Assembly (NCBI RefSeq): GCF_902652985.1 | Contig: NC_047015.1 | Location: 30,628,001-30,692,000, forward strand | Origin: Pecten maximus | Taxonomy: Eukaryota | Direction: 5' to 3' | DNA: 64,000 nucleotides | Shown: piece after piece, positions 27,932-40,735 of the stretch | Numbering within the stretch: position 1 is the first letter of the stretch | How the letters are laid out: every line of letters begins with the position of its first letter | The notes under the pieces: generated by a model | The model's database searches: none | The model's input: the letters and a program-made list of their open reading frames with translations, nothing else | What the model was told of the DNA's origin: nothing | Made by a program: the position numbers and the translations under genes

Positions 27932-30410
27932 GGATATATCCATTCTAAGGCGTCTGTATTGAAGTGATGGTAGTGCCTTTCTTGATTGCTGTTATTCCTA
28001 ATTGGTCGAAATAGTTTGAAAGGTTGTCTCTGGACATTCTCTATAAGTTGGGCATCTTTTTTTTTTTGTTACTGACCGACCACACTAGTGAGGCATGGTC
28101 GTACCAGTGATATAAACAAGTTTTGGAGTGTTGCTTTAGTTATGTGCCGGAAAGTTCTCCTGATTACTCCTAACATTCTGTTTGCTTTTTTGATCGACAT
28201 TCGGACGTGCGTCGAGAATTTTAGATTTGTATCCATCATGACGCCCATATCCTTCTATTCAACAACTTAAATGATCTGTTTTGTGGTTCTTGACTCCATA
28301 GTGTAGGTATTGCTCACTGATTGACTTAGATGCATATAAATGCATTTACATTTTGAAGAGTTGAACAGGGGTTGCCAATTGTTTTTACCATTTGATCAAG
28401 TTGTTCATATCACGTTGGGACACTTCCTCGTCGTCTTTGTTGTTTAAACCACCATATAGCTTGGTGTCGACAGCGAAGATTTATACATGTATACAAGGAA
28501 GAGGACAGGACCCAATACACTCCCCTGTGGGATTCCACTTGTCACACTAGACCAGTCAGAGCTTTTACCATTCAGAACCACTCTTTGTTTGCGTTCAGTA
28601 TGAAAGTCTTTAATCCACATAAGGACATTCCCTCTAATTCCATATCCTGCTAATTTGTTTGATAGTCTTTCATGGGGGCCGAATAAAACCTTTTTGAAAG
28701 TCAAGGTACATCACATCAATTTTGTTTTTTTCTTATCCAACTCCCCTGTCAAGGTATTGATGACATAAATAAGTTGGGTGACACATGAATGACCTTTCCT
28801 AAAACCATCTTGGTGTTTGGTAAAGAGGTTATTTGATTCCAGATGTTCCATATTGTTTTCCCTCAATTTTTTTCCCATAACTTCGCAGGTAATTGATGTT
28901 AGCCTAATCGGGCGGTAATGTTTTGCAAGATGTTTGGATCCTTTTTTATGAATGACGGTGATATTAGCTACTTTCCATAATTTTGGTACTTTTTGTTGAT
29001 CAAGTGATTTCTGAAAGATATCGACGAGTGGTTGGTGCAGAGTTCCTTGGTTTCTTTAGTAATTTTGGGTGGAGGTTATCTGGACCTTGTGCCTTAGTTG
29101 TTTTCAATTGGTCTAGCAGTTTGGGGTTTTTGTTTTTTTTTTACTTTTTCTTCTTTGATTTTAAATTCTGTCAGGTTTCTTGGACGTGTCTAGGTGCGAA
29201 GTTTGGAATGTTACCAAGATCCTCGGTCGTGAAAACACTTGTAGAAGTTCTGATTTCTATTGGTCGTCTGTGAGAATAGAATGTTATCAATTTCGTTTTC
29301 AAGGCTCTCTATATTGTCTGATTTTTTTTAAAACTACATATCTCAAAAATGATCTTGGGTCTGTTTTGATATTTTCTGCCAGTTGAGATTCGTATTCGGC
29401 CTTGGCCTTCCTTACTTCATTGCATGATTATTTATTTTTTGGATATGTTAAATTGTCTCCTATTGCGGTCACTACTACAGGAGTATATTTTTCCCATCGC
29501 GTCTTTTCCTTCTTTATAACTATACGGGCACGGTCATTCATCCATGGTGTTGTGAAATGTTGGATACTTGTATGTTTTCTTTGATTTCTCGATTGAATAT
29601 GTCGGTAAAGCGATTTCAAACTTTGTCCAGATTCATTTTTATTTATTGACCATGGTAGCGTTTCTAGATTTTGTCTGGTGTTATCATAGTTGCCTTTATT
29701 AAAGTTTAGTTTCGGGGCTGTTTCAGTTTGATCACAGAACAGTTGTACTAAGAATATTATAATCGCGTGATCACTATTTCCAAGTGGTGCAATTACCTCA
29801 AGTTTGTTGATTATGTTGATTTCTTTGGTTAGTAATAGATCCAAAGTTGACAGTGTGTCGTGATGAGTTGTATTAGAAAATTGTCCCGTAGGATACCACT
29901 TCTAGGAATTTTGATGCTGGGTGATTTTCACTAACAGTTTTTGTTTCCTCTCTTAATTCAATTTCTTTAAAGTTGAAATCACCAATACTTACATGAGAGT
30001 AGCTGTGATTTTTGTAGTGGTTGATGGATTGAGCCTTTCCCACGCCAGAGACTGCTGTGTTTGGTGAATTGGGGCTTCTATAGATACGCCGATATAGTAG
30101 CCATTCACAGAATTTGAGTTTGACTTCCACCAAAATATATTCTATGTTTTCAACATTATGAGGTTTTACTTCTGATGCACCTAGGGTCTCGCTGATATAG
30201 ATACAGATGTCTCGTCCTTTATAGACCTCTATCTCTTTGCTGTATAACTTGTAGCTGGGAATGCTATAGTCTGACAGTTTCAGGTTGCAGTTCGTTCAAT
30301 TTTTTGGCAACATTTCGGTTTTGGCGATTATATCAGTTTTCTCCCCCTGCTATAGCTTCAAATTCATTTTTTGTTGAGTAGGCTACCTGCCGTGGTATAA
30401 AAAAAACCTT
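27932..30410 (-). mobile_element. Decayed CR1-clade non-LTR retrotransposon ORF2 (APE endonuclease + reverse transcriptase pseudogene)
   Basis: Endonuclease motifs FYTTAGSLLNK, IYRSPNS, IGDFNF, DLLLT, PLGNSDH; RT motifs YRPIRLTS, GFRKGHSCVTQL, YLDFQK, RKQRVVLNG, SGIPQGSVLGPVLFLVY, IFAVDTKLY (decayed FADDTKLY); multiple frameshifts and stops. Confidence 0.92.
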
Positions 30411-32057
30411 TCATTTTGTTATTTATATTACATGTTTGGTTAAAACTATACATATCTACCGAGTAAAAACTGCTAAAAAAAAACTCCTCATTATGTCGGA
30501 TCGGAGGTGTTAGCTTGAATGGCACCAACTTGTAACAACTAAGATTGAGAAGCAGGGCGCGCCCTATTTCTCAGCTGAGTACTACTAGAGGTAAGCAGTT
30601 CTGTCTATGATTTCTAACACTATCGATGAAAATAACGTCTGACATCGAAGTCATTGTTCCAATAACATGTCGTTTATCGAGAGCCAGCTATAGTGACGAT
30701 CTTTAGGAACTGATGGAGAAGACCTGGAGATGGTGCTGTACGGACAGGAGTCTTCATTTGGCAGTCCTGCTTCAAATACGATACCGAGATGGCGGATCAC
30801 TAATACAGATATCGACGAGGTGTTAAATCAAACATCAGAGAGGGCGTTTAGTTGTTACATCATGGATTAGTCATTATGCCCATTGTTGGTATTCATGTAA
30901 CCAAGTTTTTGTCATTCAGGAACAGTGCTGAGTTTAGTAGAATAATCTGAGGTTAAGAAACAGAAATATTTGAGTTCGGTAATTTATGGCAAAGAACCTG
31001 TTGTGGTTAAATGACCGCAGTGCACACCGCACCTTTGTTGTCATTTATTTCAATGTTATCTTGTCATGTATGTTTTTAATGAAAAATAAACGAAATGTTA
31101 ATAAGATACCATTTAAACATCACATAACAAAAGTGACGACAGATCAGATACCGGTTCTTTATTTCAACAAGAAGTTTACAATATATGGGGGGCCTTAAAG
31201 GCCCCTGTAGGTGGCCATACCAGATATGAAACATATTGGCTACATTCATTTATTTTGAAAAGAGAGTAAAATAAATTTACAAAAAGAAAATTTTGGTCAA
31301 ATATGAGAATACTGCGAAAGAGTTTGTGTGCTGTTTCAGGATGACAAGTTCAACGACAACGTGACTGCCATTATCTATAGGAAGTCTTTGTCAGCCCTCT
31401 AAACAGTAACGTGAATTTTGATAAACTTCATATTCATGTGACCTAAAAATAGTTACTCTACATAAATGGTGTATCCCAGCTGATATTTAACTTGGTATAT
31501 TGATACATGACTGCATGCAATTCTCTTTATATTCTATGTTGGATTAATTTTCTTTGTGACAAAAATTGCTGTATAATAATCTAATGTCATGAGCAGTTTT
31601 GGCATTGTAATCACTTTGGCAATATGCAGATAATGAAGAACTTTTACAAAAAAACTATATTGCATTGTGCATGATGGAACTTTCAACCTTAAATAGATCA
31701 TTTTCTTTAAAACAATACTTGTACAGAACTTCTTTTTACAGGTGAAAATATTTGTATGCCTCCTAGTTTTTTTTCTGTTGGTACATTGTACAAAATATTT
31801 CATCATGCATTGAAAACCAGAAAACAGGAAAAAATCACCAGTCTTCTTTCGTGACTTTTGGCATAATTTCATTCTGACAGAAACAACTTAATTTAGTGCT
31901 ATACATGCATATAGTGTATGTACAGCTTTAACATTGCAAGGCCCATTGCATTTCCTATTAAATTTCTTTAGGCCATCTCAAATTAAGAGATTCACTTGAT
32001 TGCACAAACAAAACTACCTCGAAGTACTAAAGCATGTATGTTAATACTGTACGAACA

Positions 32058-32534
32058 CTACTGAGTCACATCCTCTGATAAATTTGTGGCTGCCTCAGAC
32101 GTTATAATCATTTCTTCAGTGACAATGCCCGATAAGTCACCATCCACAATCCCTTGTATTGTTTCTGTGGTTTCAACCTGCTCTTCTACATTTGCTACCA
32201 TCATGGCCTGTTCCACTATAGAATCTGACAAGTCCAATGTTGAACCAGGTGCCATAGCAACAGCCTCAATTTCATTTTCAGAAGTCATAGTAATGAGCTG
32301 ATTGTCACCATCAGCAAGTGATGACAATGGCATCATGGCGATTGTCTCCCCTGTTTTAGAGTCTAGTATTTTCATGCCCTGGTCACTATCGGTGACAACG
32401 ATGTAGTCATCGGTAACTTGCATTCCCTCCAACATGGTAGTGTCCACCTCACCATCTGTAACAATCTCCACGTTGTGTAGGTTATCATCCCTCAGGTCTG
32501 TCTGTAGTACAACATACTCTGTCTGACTCTCCAC
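32058..32534 (-). CDS. E4F1: E4F1 exon 14 (terminal; acidic C-terminal tail)
   Basis: cag|GTG acceptor, phase 0, open to TAG at 32058. Confidence 0.85.
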   Translation of the reverse strand: MESQTEYVVLQTDLRDDNLHNVEIVTDGEVDTTMLEGMQVTDDYIVVTDSDQGMKILDSKTGETIAMMPLSSLADGDNQLITMTSENEIEAVAMAPGSTLDLSDSIVEQAMMVANVEEQVETTETIQGIVDGDLSGIVTEEMIITSEAATNLSEDVTQ

Positions 32535-32704
32535 CTGATGATGTGTAATAGTTATACTATACAGTTTGCAAGTTGATACATACGATGATAAACAAAACCT
32601 GAAAAAGTACTGCAAGTCAAAATCTGGTATTATTATATGATTGGTATGTAGCACTATCACTCATTGGTCCTAATGAGATCACATGGCATCAATTATTTCC
32701 ATGG

Positions 32705-32893
32705 AAATACCTCATGACATCACGAGGAGTCAATATAATGTTTTGTCAGGTCTGTGGAATCTTATATTGACTCCGGCTAGAAATTGGAATTATGTCGTCT
32801 GTGCTGAGATATATTTTAAGCAGAGGTCAAAGTAACATTCCATGAACCTGGCAAAACATTATATTAACCTCTCGGTGATGTGATGAGGTATTT
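32705..32893. mobile_element. Palindromic MITE-like element in E4F1 intron 13
   Basis: ~46-bp imperfect inverted arms aaatacctcatgacatcac...gttttgtcagg / cctggcaaaac...gtgatgtgatgaggtattt. Confidence 0.7.
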
Positions 32894-32951
32894 TAAAGGA
32901 ACTTTCTTAGTGGATTTTTTTTCTAGATAAATATAAATCATATAATAAAGT

Positions 32952-33081
32952 AAATGCAGACTTTAGTTTCGGGCAATCCATGATTTTACCGACCTGCCCT
33001 GAACTATATCCCCCTCGGCCTTCGGCCTCTCGGAATATTGTCCATAAAACCATGGATTGCCCTCAACCAAAGTCTGTATTT
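32952..33081. mobile_element. Palindromic MITE-like element with central ggccttcggcc hairpin
   Basis: ~36-bp imperfect inverted arms atgcagactttagtttcgggcaatccatgatttta / taaaaccatggattgccctcaaccaaagtctgtat. Confidence 0.75.
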
Positions 33082-33904
33082 GTATAAGCCACCTCTGTCT
33101 TTGGTAGTTCTGCACAAAGTAAAATGCTAGCTCATTGTTCTCCAATAAGCCTCTACCCCACTTTGTATCAAAGCTTGTGTGTTGACTCCCTGGCTTATGG
33201 TAGGTCAATGAATGAAACATTTGCCTTGACATCCTCTGGAAATTAGGATTTCATTTCAAGTAAATGTCAATTATCAGTTTTAGTGACCCTGCTATATGTA
33301 CAAGACACACTACCTAACCATGAGGTCTAATGAAATCAGCATCAAATTCCCATAACACATAAGGTTAAACAATGAATGTCCAACAGAGGTCACCATGACC
33401 CAATTTTTATATGTAAAACACTACCTGACTACAATATGCATGAAAACCAAATCTGATACTAATGCATGAAACAATATCATTTTTGAAGATATACTTCTGA
33501 ATGCATTTCACTGTCTTTCAGGACTTGGCTAAATGTCAAATTGAGGTCACAGTGATCCTATTTTTGTGTGATACAAACTACCTGACAACAACTGACAATA
33601 AAGGTCACAACAACTCTGACCATTTTATATTAGCAGACCAAGTCCAATGCCCTATGAAAACATATGCTCCAAAAGCTTACTGGTAGCACACAGATAGGAA
33701 GAGGTGTGGACAGATGGGCAAGACACTACATGCAATAACCTGTATATAACATCGGTAGTATATCATACTAGGAAAAGGTCCAAATACTGTCATGTTGTTT
33801 TGTATGGATATATTATATAGAGAAATTATAGTAAGATACTTATGGTTACTGACCTATACAAATCAAATGTAATCTACATATTGGCATACAGCCACACTAT
33901 TTAC

Positions 33905-34044
33905 CTGTTGCTGTTCGTCTCCCTCATCCTGTGTGGTGATGTATTGCTGTGTGTCTGCTACAGAGGAGAACTCTGCCAGCACAGTCGGGTATGTGCTCTT
34001 CGACCTATCCTGATCATCAACGTTTAACTGGCGCGAACATGGCA
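33905..34044 (-). CDS. E4F1: E4F1 exon 13
   Basis: VPCSRQ...PTVLAEFSSVADTQQYI matches the vertebrate E4F1 motif TVLVEFSSVVADTQEYI; AG/GT boundaries. Confidence 0.93.
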
Positions 34045-34517
34045 CTGCAACAAATATACAAACCATACAGAAATAGCTCAAGAAAAAAATACTGACATAC
34101 AGTATTAGAATATCAAGAAAGATATTAATGTCTTGCAGTAAAGTTAATACTACAACAGATCTTTTGCCAAGTAGTCTGTTCCTATGAATTGAATTTTTAA
34201 AATTAACATTTGTCTTGTACACTATTTTACAAGAGATAATCACTTTCATTTTCACCTGTCACAATGCACATATTACTCTAAATTACAAGGTCATAATGCA
34301 GCTAACAGTTAAGCCAATTAAATGAAAATTCAGCACAGAAACACTGGCATAGTTAAATGCCAATAAATAAACCCCCTCCTTCATTTTTGCAGAATCATTA
34401 ATTTTGAAATGATAAGAGAAAAGTGGTTCACAAATAAGTCTTCCCAAAGTTTGATACTACCGGTAAACTAAACTTTTACATTAGGGGATTTTTTTAAAGT
34501 ATAAATACTGTACTAAC

Positions 34518-34717
34518 CTTTAGCCCTGAGATGTCTGTTGAGTGTGCCATGCTCTGAGAATGATTTTCCACAGTGTTTACATACATATGGCTTTCTCTCC
34601 TGTATGCATACGGACATGGCGATTAAGAGAGCCCTTCTCTCTGAAGTGTCGACGACAATAAGGACATACATATGGCATTATATTGGTATGTGTCCTCATG
34701 TGTACCTTCATGGCATT
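34518..34717 (-). CDS. E4F1: E4F1 exon 12 (last zinc fingers; 1-nt frameshift as assembled)
   Basis: [10 protein letters not shown]...[24 protein letters not shown][K/+1][24 protein letters not shown]; exon is 200 nt where 199 is required. Confidence 0.93.
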
Positions 34718-35419
34718 CTATGAAAATGGAAAATATGACAAATTCACACAACAAAAATAGTTGAACCTCTGGTATTGTATATTGAATATGCAGCTTATAA
34801 CAAGAGGTTTAGTGGGCCTGCAGGGTTTCCCTGAACTATAATTAAGTGTAGACTAGCCATGAAGATTATACTGTTACTTTCATCTGTCCTTTGAAATATA
34901 CATGAGAATATATTCAAAACATCACAGCTATTGCCAGCAGGACATATTGAATAATTGCCTTTTCACCAATGTGATCTTAAATAGGTCAAGGTCATTTACT
35001 TTATTAAATGTCATATCACTCCATCCAGGTTGCCAACCCATGATGAACTCTTTCAAAAATTGAGTCAAACAAATTTGATGAATGGATGATAGATCATCCG
35101 CTTGGCCTACAAATGTATGACCACCTTAGTTTTTGTTCAATGAATGTATTGTTAAATATTTTGAATTTTTCATTTTATATTTTAAGAGATGCATTCCCTT
35201 TCCCAAAAAAAGCTACACAAAAACTGCTCGCAATTGACAAGAGCTTACAAGTTTAGCTTATCCACACAATCTTGACTTTGCAAAAACCTCTAGGCAAGAT
35301 TGTATGAGTAATAACACCATTGCTTTCACTTAAAATGATTGTACATGTGTTACCAGTTTAGATATGAAATTATTGTGAGGGTCAAATTTGAAAAGCAATA
35401 ACAATGTTATTTCACTCAC

Positions 35420-35637
35420 GCCTGTTTTAAAGGACTTGTCACACAGATCACAAGGGAATGGTCGGTCAGAGCTGTGGATTTTAAGGTGTTCTCGTACATG
35501 GGAGATGCGTTTGAAGAGTTTACCACATTCCCCACACTTGTACTGTCTCTCCTCACTGTGGACACTCAGATGTTTACATAGGGTGTCCTTTGTCACGAAA
35601 CACTTGTCACAATGTGGACACTTGTGGGGACGGTCAC
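35420..35637 (-). CDS. E4F1: E4F1 exon 11 (C2H2 fingers)
   Basis: DRPHKCPHC...ERQYKCGECGKLFKRISHVREHLKIHSSDRPFPC; phases consistent. Confidence 0.95.
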
Positions 35638-35827
35638 CTAAAACACACATCAATAGGGATGAAAACATACATGTAAACTAATTATAATGATATGAAACAG
35701 AACCGAAACCTCTAATCATAAAGCTTAAATCTGGACTGAAGAACCCAGATGAAACCAGCCTCCTTACAAAATTGTGATAAAAATACTCAATCACTTGATG
35801 AACCTAACACCAGAAACAGTTACTAAC

Positions 35828-35997
35828 CTATGTGAGACTTCATGTGTAATCTGAGGTTGGCATTGAATCTAAATGACTTGTTGCAGACCGAGCACCTGTA
35901 CACGTGATTCTGGACATCAGTGGTTGTGTCACCAGCACCAACCAAACTGTTGTCAGCTGGTAGTTGTAACATCTGTCGTATAGCTGTTTTTGCATTT
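35828..35997 (-). CDS. E4F1: E4F1 exon 10
   Basis: NAKTAIRQ...YRCSVCNKSFRFNANLRLHMKSHIG; AG/GT, phase 2 to 1. Confidence 0.92.
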
Positions 35998-36439
35998 CTA
36001 TAAATAAGCAGAAAATACATGTTTTACAGATTATTTCATATGTTCAAATAAATGAGTAACTTTTGTCATCATCAATTCAAAATACATGTAGATCATAAAT
36101 TATATGTCACTATAAGAAAATGATATCCTTGTTACCGGTAGATGTGACATAGGACATCTGTGTGACCACATGGATTTTACCAGCCTAAGGGTTATCTTGT
36201 TTCTTCTTACATTATAATATCCTGAGCTCTTTCATCCAAACCAACAAAAGTTATTATAAATCAATTAAAAGTCATCGTAACTTGTTTTTATAAATGTCTT
36301 TTTACCTGCCTAAAGACAGTTGTCAGATTTACTTTTAATTGATACACCTACTATCCAGTATGGGATCAACAATTTGTAACATTGAATCTGTTTCTATGTG
36401 ATATATCTTAATTTCCTTTGATACAAGTTTTGTCCTTAC

Positions 36440-36516
36440 TGAGTCTGCTTCTCCTTGTCCAGGCTGTCATCTGTCCAATTGCCAATGTGAACTAAAGACT
36501 CTGTTTGTTCTGTACC
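36440..36516 (-). CDS. E4F1: E4F1 exon 9 (77 nt)
   Basis: tttacag|GTEQTESLVHIGNWTDDSLDKEKQT|gtaagg; supplies the phase change (0 to 2) needed between exons 8 and 10. Confidence 0.85.
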
Positions 36517-37054
36517 CTGTAAACAGTTATAATATACAAGCATGATAGGAAATAAGGAAATATTCTGAAAATGTTCTTATTAATACTTTTGATAAAGCAT
36601 ACATGTTGGGTTATATCCTCTAGACATCCACTATAGCAATTTTGTCCCTCATAGTTTCTATTTAGAACTTCAGTGTTTTCTGACTAAAATTACAACATAT
36701 TTGTGTAACTGAATCAGGTGATATCCATCCTACAGCAGGACTCAGGAAATAAGGAAAAGATTGTGTTGGTATTGTGAGATATTTACTGGAATAGCCCTGA
36801 TAATGAGTAACAATAAACAGATACAGTAAAAGAAATAAAGTCTAAAGGATTGGAACATTATTAAGTATTACTTTTTTTTGCCAAGGTGGGGTGGGGGAAT
36901 AAATTCACAAAAACAGATGCCTTTAAAATAAAATCAATTGAGAAATAACAGTTTTGTCATTTTATTTTCCAATAAAAGGTTCATCCTTTCTGTTCAGAGC
37001 TTTTGGTAAAACTGAAAGCTGTGACTTTAGCCATCAATAGTGTGTATGGCCTAC

Positions 37055-37213
37055 CTTGATCTGACTTTGGTGCATAGACCACATGTGATTGGCAAGATCT
37101 TTTCGTTTTTCTGTAACGTAGTGACACATTGGACAACGGAATGACACATCTGCTAGATGGGTCCTCAGGTGTATCCTCAGGGCATTAATATTTGTCAAAT
37201 CTACCTTGCATAC
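37055..37213 (-). CDS. E4F1: E4F1 exon 8 (two additional zinc fingers)
   Basis: VCKVDLTNINALRIHLRTH...CPMCHYVTEKRKDLANHMWSMH; phase 0/0. Confidence 0.92.
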
Positions 37214-37357
37214 CTGTTGAGTATAAAGATGAAAAATAAAATCCAAGACTAAAAGCAATATTTGATGGTGAATGCCATTTTTATCAACCCAAGAGGTGAC
37301 TTTCCAATACTACATCACCAAGGACATGTACGAGTTACCTCCCCTTCCACTAACCAG

Positions 37358-37679
37358 AGCCCCACTCGATTTGCACTCTGAAGTCCGCATTCCGTTATAT
37401 GTAAATCGAGTATAAACCGGAAGAATATAACCCAAAATAAACAAGTTTTTAAGATTTCTCAAACACTATGACACAAACACATGCATGTATGTGTCATATA
37501 TCCTTCTCTAGTGAAACTCATCACTCGCACACTTAAAACATGGTCACTGCGATCTTGGAAGATAAATCTTCCAGCTTTGAGACGGAAGAGGTAGAAGATC
37601 TTCCAGAAGCAGAAGAGCTACAAATTGAGTGACCGGAAGATATATTCTAGAAGGAGAAGAGTGCAAATCGAGTGGGGCT
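37358..37679. mobile_element. PIF/Harbinger-type MITE, 22-bp perfect TIRs, CAG target-site duplication
   Basis: agccccactcgatttgcactct ... agagtgcaaatcgagtggggct flanked by cag (37355-37357) and cag (37680-37682). Confidence 0.88.
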
Positions 37680-38149
37680 CAGGCAGCAAGCTTATTAACT
37701 CAATGATAAAGCAGGTCACTGTGTATGATTTTAATGCTTTTTCTATTATCCATTTATCTTAATCAGATGTCTTCAAACATATAAAAGCATAAATCATATA
37801 ACTTAATTACAAATATTCTGCGAAAGAAGATAGTGTTTTGTTAGTTGTTTTTTTTTTAATTTGGACCCCCCCCCCCCCCCCCCCAAAGGTTCTGAATTAA
37901 TTTGTTCTCGGAAAGTCGGCGATGATAGTTATAGGTGGCTGTTCCACAGCACCTAAAATGAAATGTTGTCAATAGCGAAAGGCACAACTAGGGCATTAAC
38001 CTAATATATACAGAGTGTTTTGTTAGTCTGGAAAAGCCTTAGGACAGACAGACAGACGGATGGTCGGACGGAGCAAACTTGTTTCAAAGGGGATGATAAC
38101 CAAACCTTTCTTGTCCTATGGAAATAACAAGATTACTTAAAGATCTTAC

Positions 38150-38444
38150 CTTACACTGTGTTGAAGCGACATTTTCCGGTGTTTCTAAAATGGTTGTTGT
38201 GTCTTTGTCTTGGATGCCTACCACTTCAAAACAAGAGGCATCCTGTCCATCTACCATAATCTCAGCTGTCCCTATGTCCATACCAACAACTTCAGTCGGA
38301 GGTATCTCACCCTCCTCTAGTTCACAAGCCTCCCTCCCATCCACTGTAGTTATAATTTCTTCTGATGATGTCTGGGAGGCCACAAATGACCACCGCTTGC
38401 CATACCGAGGCAGATCCTGGTCACTCTTACTGGTACAGGGAATC
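38150..38444 (-). CDS. E4F1: E4F1 exon 7
   Basis: RIPCTSKSDQDLPRYGKRW...ASTQCK|gtaaga; phase 2 to 0. Confidence 0.9.
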
Positions 38445-38669
38445 CTGGGAAAGTATCAAAAATACATGTACTTAAATTTTCTTGATTATTTTTTCTCTGA
38501 AATTTGTGTGTGTCCTGCTTCAGTATATTATCTACCCAGTATAGTTTTGAAAATTTGTGGTTAATGATCAATAAAACTTTTGCATTTAAATTTGTTTTTG
38601 TTTTGTAATTTTGATAAACATAGACACAATTACAAAAGAAATCAATCAAAAGAGAGATGAAAACATCAA

Positions 38670-39085
38670 ACAAGAGATCCCAAAGGCAACTGTGCACCCA
38701 CCACTGAAAAAAGATCTCTATCAGTTCTATGAAAGACTTTTTTTTTTTCTTCTTTTCCCTCTTCTTCATCATTTGACAACATGGGGAACCTACATATGAA
38801 GTTTAAGAATGACCTGAGAAGAACTTCCTGAGATATATTGATAACAATTTTCAAGTGTCAAAATATAAGAGAGCCACCTGTAAGCTATATTGTTTATCTG
38901 ATCAGTCCCCAAAATCAAAAGGACACAACTAAGGAGCAAAGCGAACCTTTATATGAAATTTGAGAAAGGTCTATTGAGTACATCACAAAAAAATAGTGAT
39001 AACAAGAATTGTTTAAGGATGGACAATTAACAACAGAAAACAAACCATAGACATAGGGCGATTCAGATCATGGGACTAAAAAAAC
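38670..39085. mobile_element. Degenerate HINE-like interspersed element (same family as 40035-40735)
   Basis: Shares gagatccca..., ggaacctacatatgaagttt, gcacaactagg and gaaatagtgataacaa blocks with 40035-40735. Confidence 0.65.
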
Positions 39086-39156
39086 CATACCACAGTACCA
39101 CACCACACCACTACTGTCAACACTGGATAGACATAAGAAAATAATTGAAAGCCAAC

Positions 39157-39235
39157 CTTGATTTCATATGTCGTGTCAGAGCCCCAGATTCTGTGAACGA
39201 TCTTCCGCATTGTGAACAAGAAAATGGTCGTTCTC
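39157..39235 (-). CDS. E4F1: E4F1 exon 6
   Basis: ERPFSCSQCGRSFTESGALTRHMKS matches E4F1 ERPYKCSKCGKSFRESGALTRHLKS. Confidence 0.95.
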
Positions 39236-39645
39236 CTGAGGAAATTCAAAAATTTTGTTAAATTTTGTCAATACAAGAAATTGAAGTTACATGTAAATCA
39301 AATGCTTAAGTGATATAATAATGTATGTCTTATAAATGTCATATACTGAAAATACATACGATTATCTTCCTTTAGTCAATACAATCTTTAATATTAAATT
39401 TAAGAAACTCCCTTTTCTTAGGCATAGGTACATTATTAGATATTTGATTACTTATTGTCAGTTTAACGAAATAAAGGGTCCCGACTGAAATATAGAAGGG
39501 GCAGTTAGATTTATAAAGGAGGAGGAAAAACCTATATATTATCTGGTCACTCTTCATGGATATTTATATAAACTGATAGTAGCTTAAACTAAAAAGCTGT
39601 AATATAATTTGTGTATAGTGAACCAAAATATTCAAAATGATCAAC

Positions 39646-39772
39646 CTGTATGTCTCCTCATATGACGCTTCAGGGAACCTTTTGTTTTGAAAGCAAACAC
39701 ACAACCCTCTACACCACAAGGAAAATCCCTCTTGTTGCTGTGTGTCAAAAGATGACTTTTCAAAACATTTAT
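39646..39772 (-). CDS. E4F1: E4F1 exon 5
   Basis: INVLKSHLLTHSNKRDFPCGVEGCVFAFKTKGSLKRHMRRHTG; E4F1-type TKGSL finger. Confidence 0.95.
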
Positions 39773-40034
39773 CTGAAATATTTGGAAAGGAATATTAAAA
39801 TCATATTGTATTTTTCACCTCATCAAAGTTATAATACTTGTTCCTGTTGACTTCATCACCAATATAATTCTATCATTTTGTAATATCATATTATCTTTTT
39901 ATCTTCTATAGTTTATCTTCTATAAACAATAAGCTAAAGATCAAATATATGTATTGTTTGTATTAAGATACATCTATAAATGATATCTGCCTCTGGTGCA
40001 GAACACTTCATTATTTTTGGAGATAAAAACTTGA

Positions 40035-40735
40035 GATCCCAGAGTGATATTGGCACCAACAATTCAATGATCTTTATCAGTCCAATGAAATCTGATCTTT
40101 TCTTTATTTTTCTCTTCTTTCCCCTCTTCCTCTTAATCATTCCATAACATGGTAAACCTACATAAGATGTCTAAGGAGGATCTAAGAACTTTCTGAAATT
40201 TATCAATAACAAATTTCAACAGTCAAAATCCAAGGTGGCGCATGTTTCAATTTTGTTTTCCCAATCGAACTCAAAATTAAATGGGCACAATTAGGGACTC
40301 AGAGGAACCTACATGGGAACTTTGAAAAATATCCTTCCTGTGGTTTTCAAGAAATAGCAATAAATATATTTCAACTGTCAAAATCCTAGATGGCCATTTG
40401 TCAGCCATTGTTTTTCCGAATCAAACTCAAAATGAATTGCAAAAACTAGGTGCTAAGGGGAATCTACATGTGAAGTTGGAGAAATATCCTTCCAGTCCTT
40501 TCTTTTAGGAAATAGTGATAACAAACTTCAGTTGTCAAAATCCAAGATGGCTGCCTGACGGCCACTCATAATTCAATGGGCACAACTAGGGACCAAGGGA
40601 AACCTACATATGCAGTTTGAGAAAAGTCCTTCCTGCACTTCTGAAGAAATAGTGATAACAAGGATTGCTAACACACAGACGGACTTAAGACGCAATGCGA
40701 TTTGAATAGCCCATCCAATGATGGTGAGCTAAAAT
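40035..40735. mobile_element. HINE-like element with ~150-165-bp internal tandem repeats
   Basis: Repeating gtcaaaatccaagatgg / gcacaactagg / acctacat..gaagtttgag units. Confidence 0.7.

Noticed and set aside
24989-27967. 300-576-aa repetitive ORFs (YIQHHFTAVAC; RTPDRVTYNK; GHQTGSHTQN)
   Set aside because: All three frames are open in the 33- and 30-bp minisatellites, and single-unit indels swap frames; no signal peptide or splice context
27932-30410. Functional reverse transcriptase or retron-like system
   Set aside because: Fragmented by stops and frameshifts, catalytic FADD mutated to FAVD; an ordinary dead CR1
34538-38564. Plus-strand ORFs overlapping E4F1 exons (34538, 35388, 38118)
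   Set aside because: Antisense shadows of zinc-finger and acidic exons
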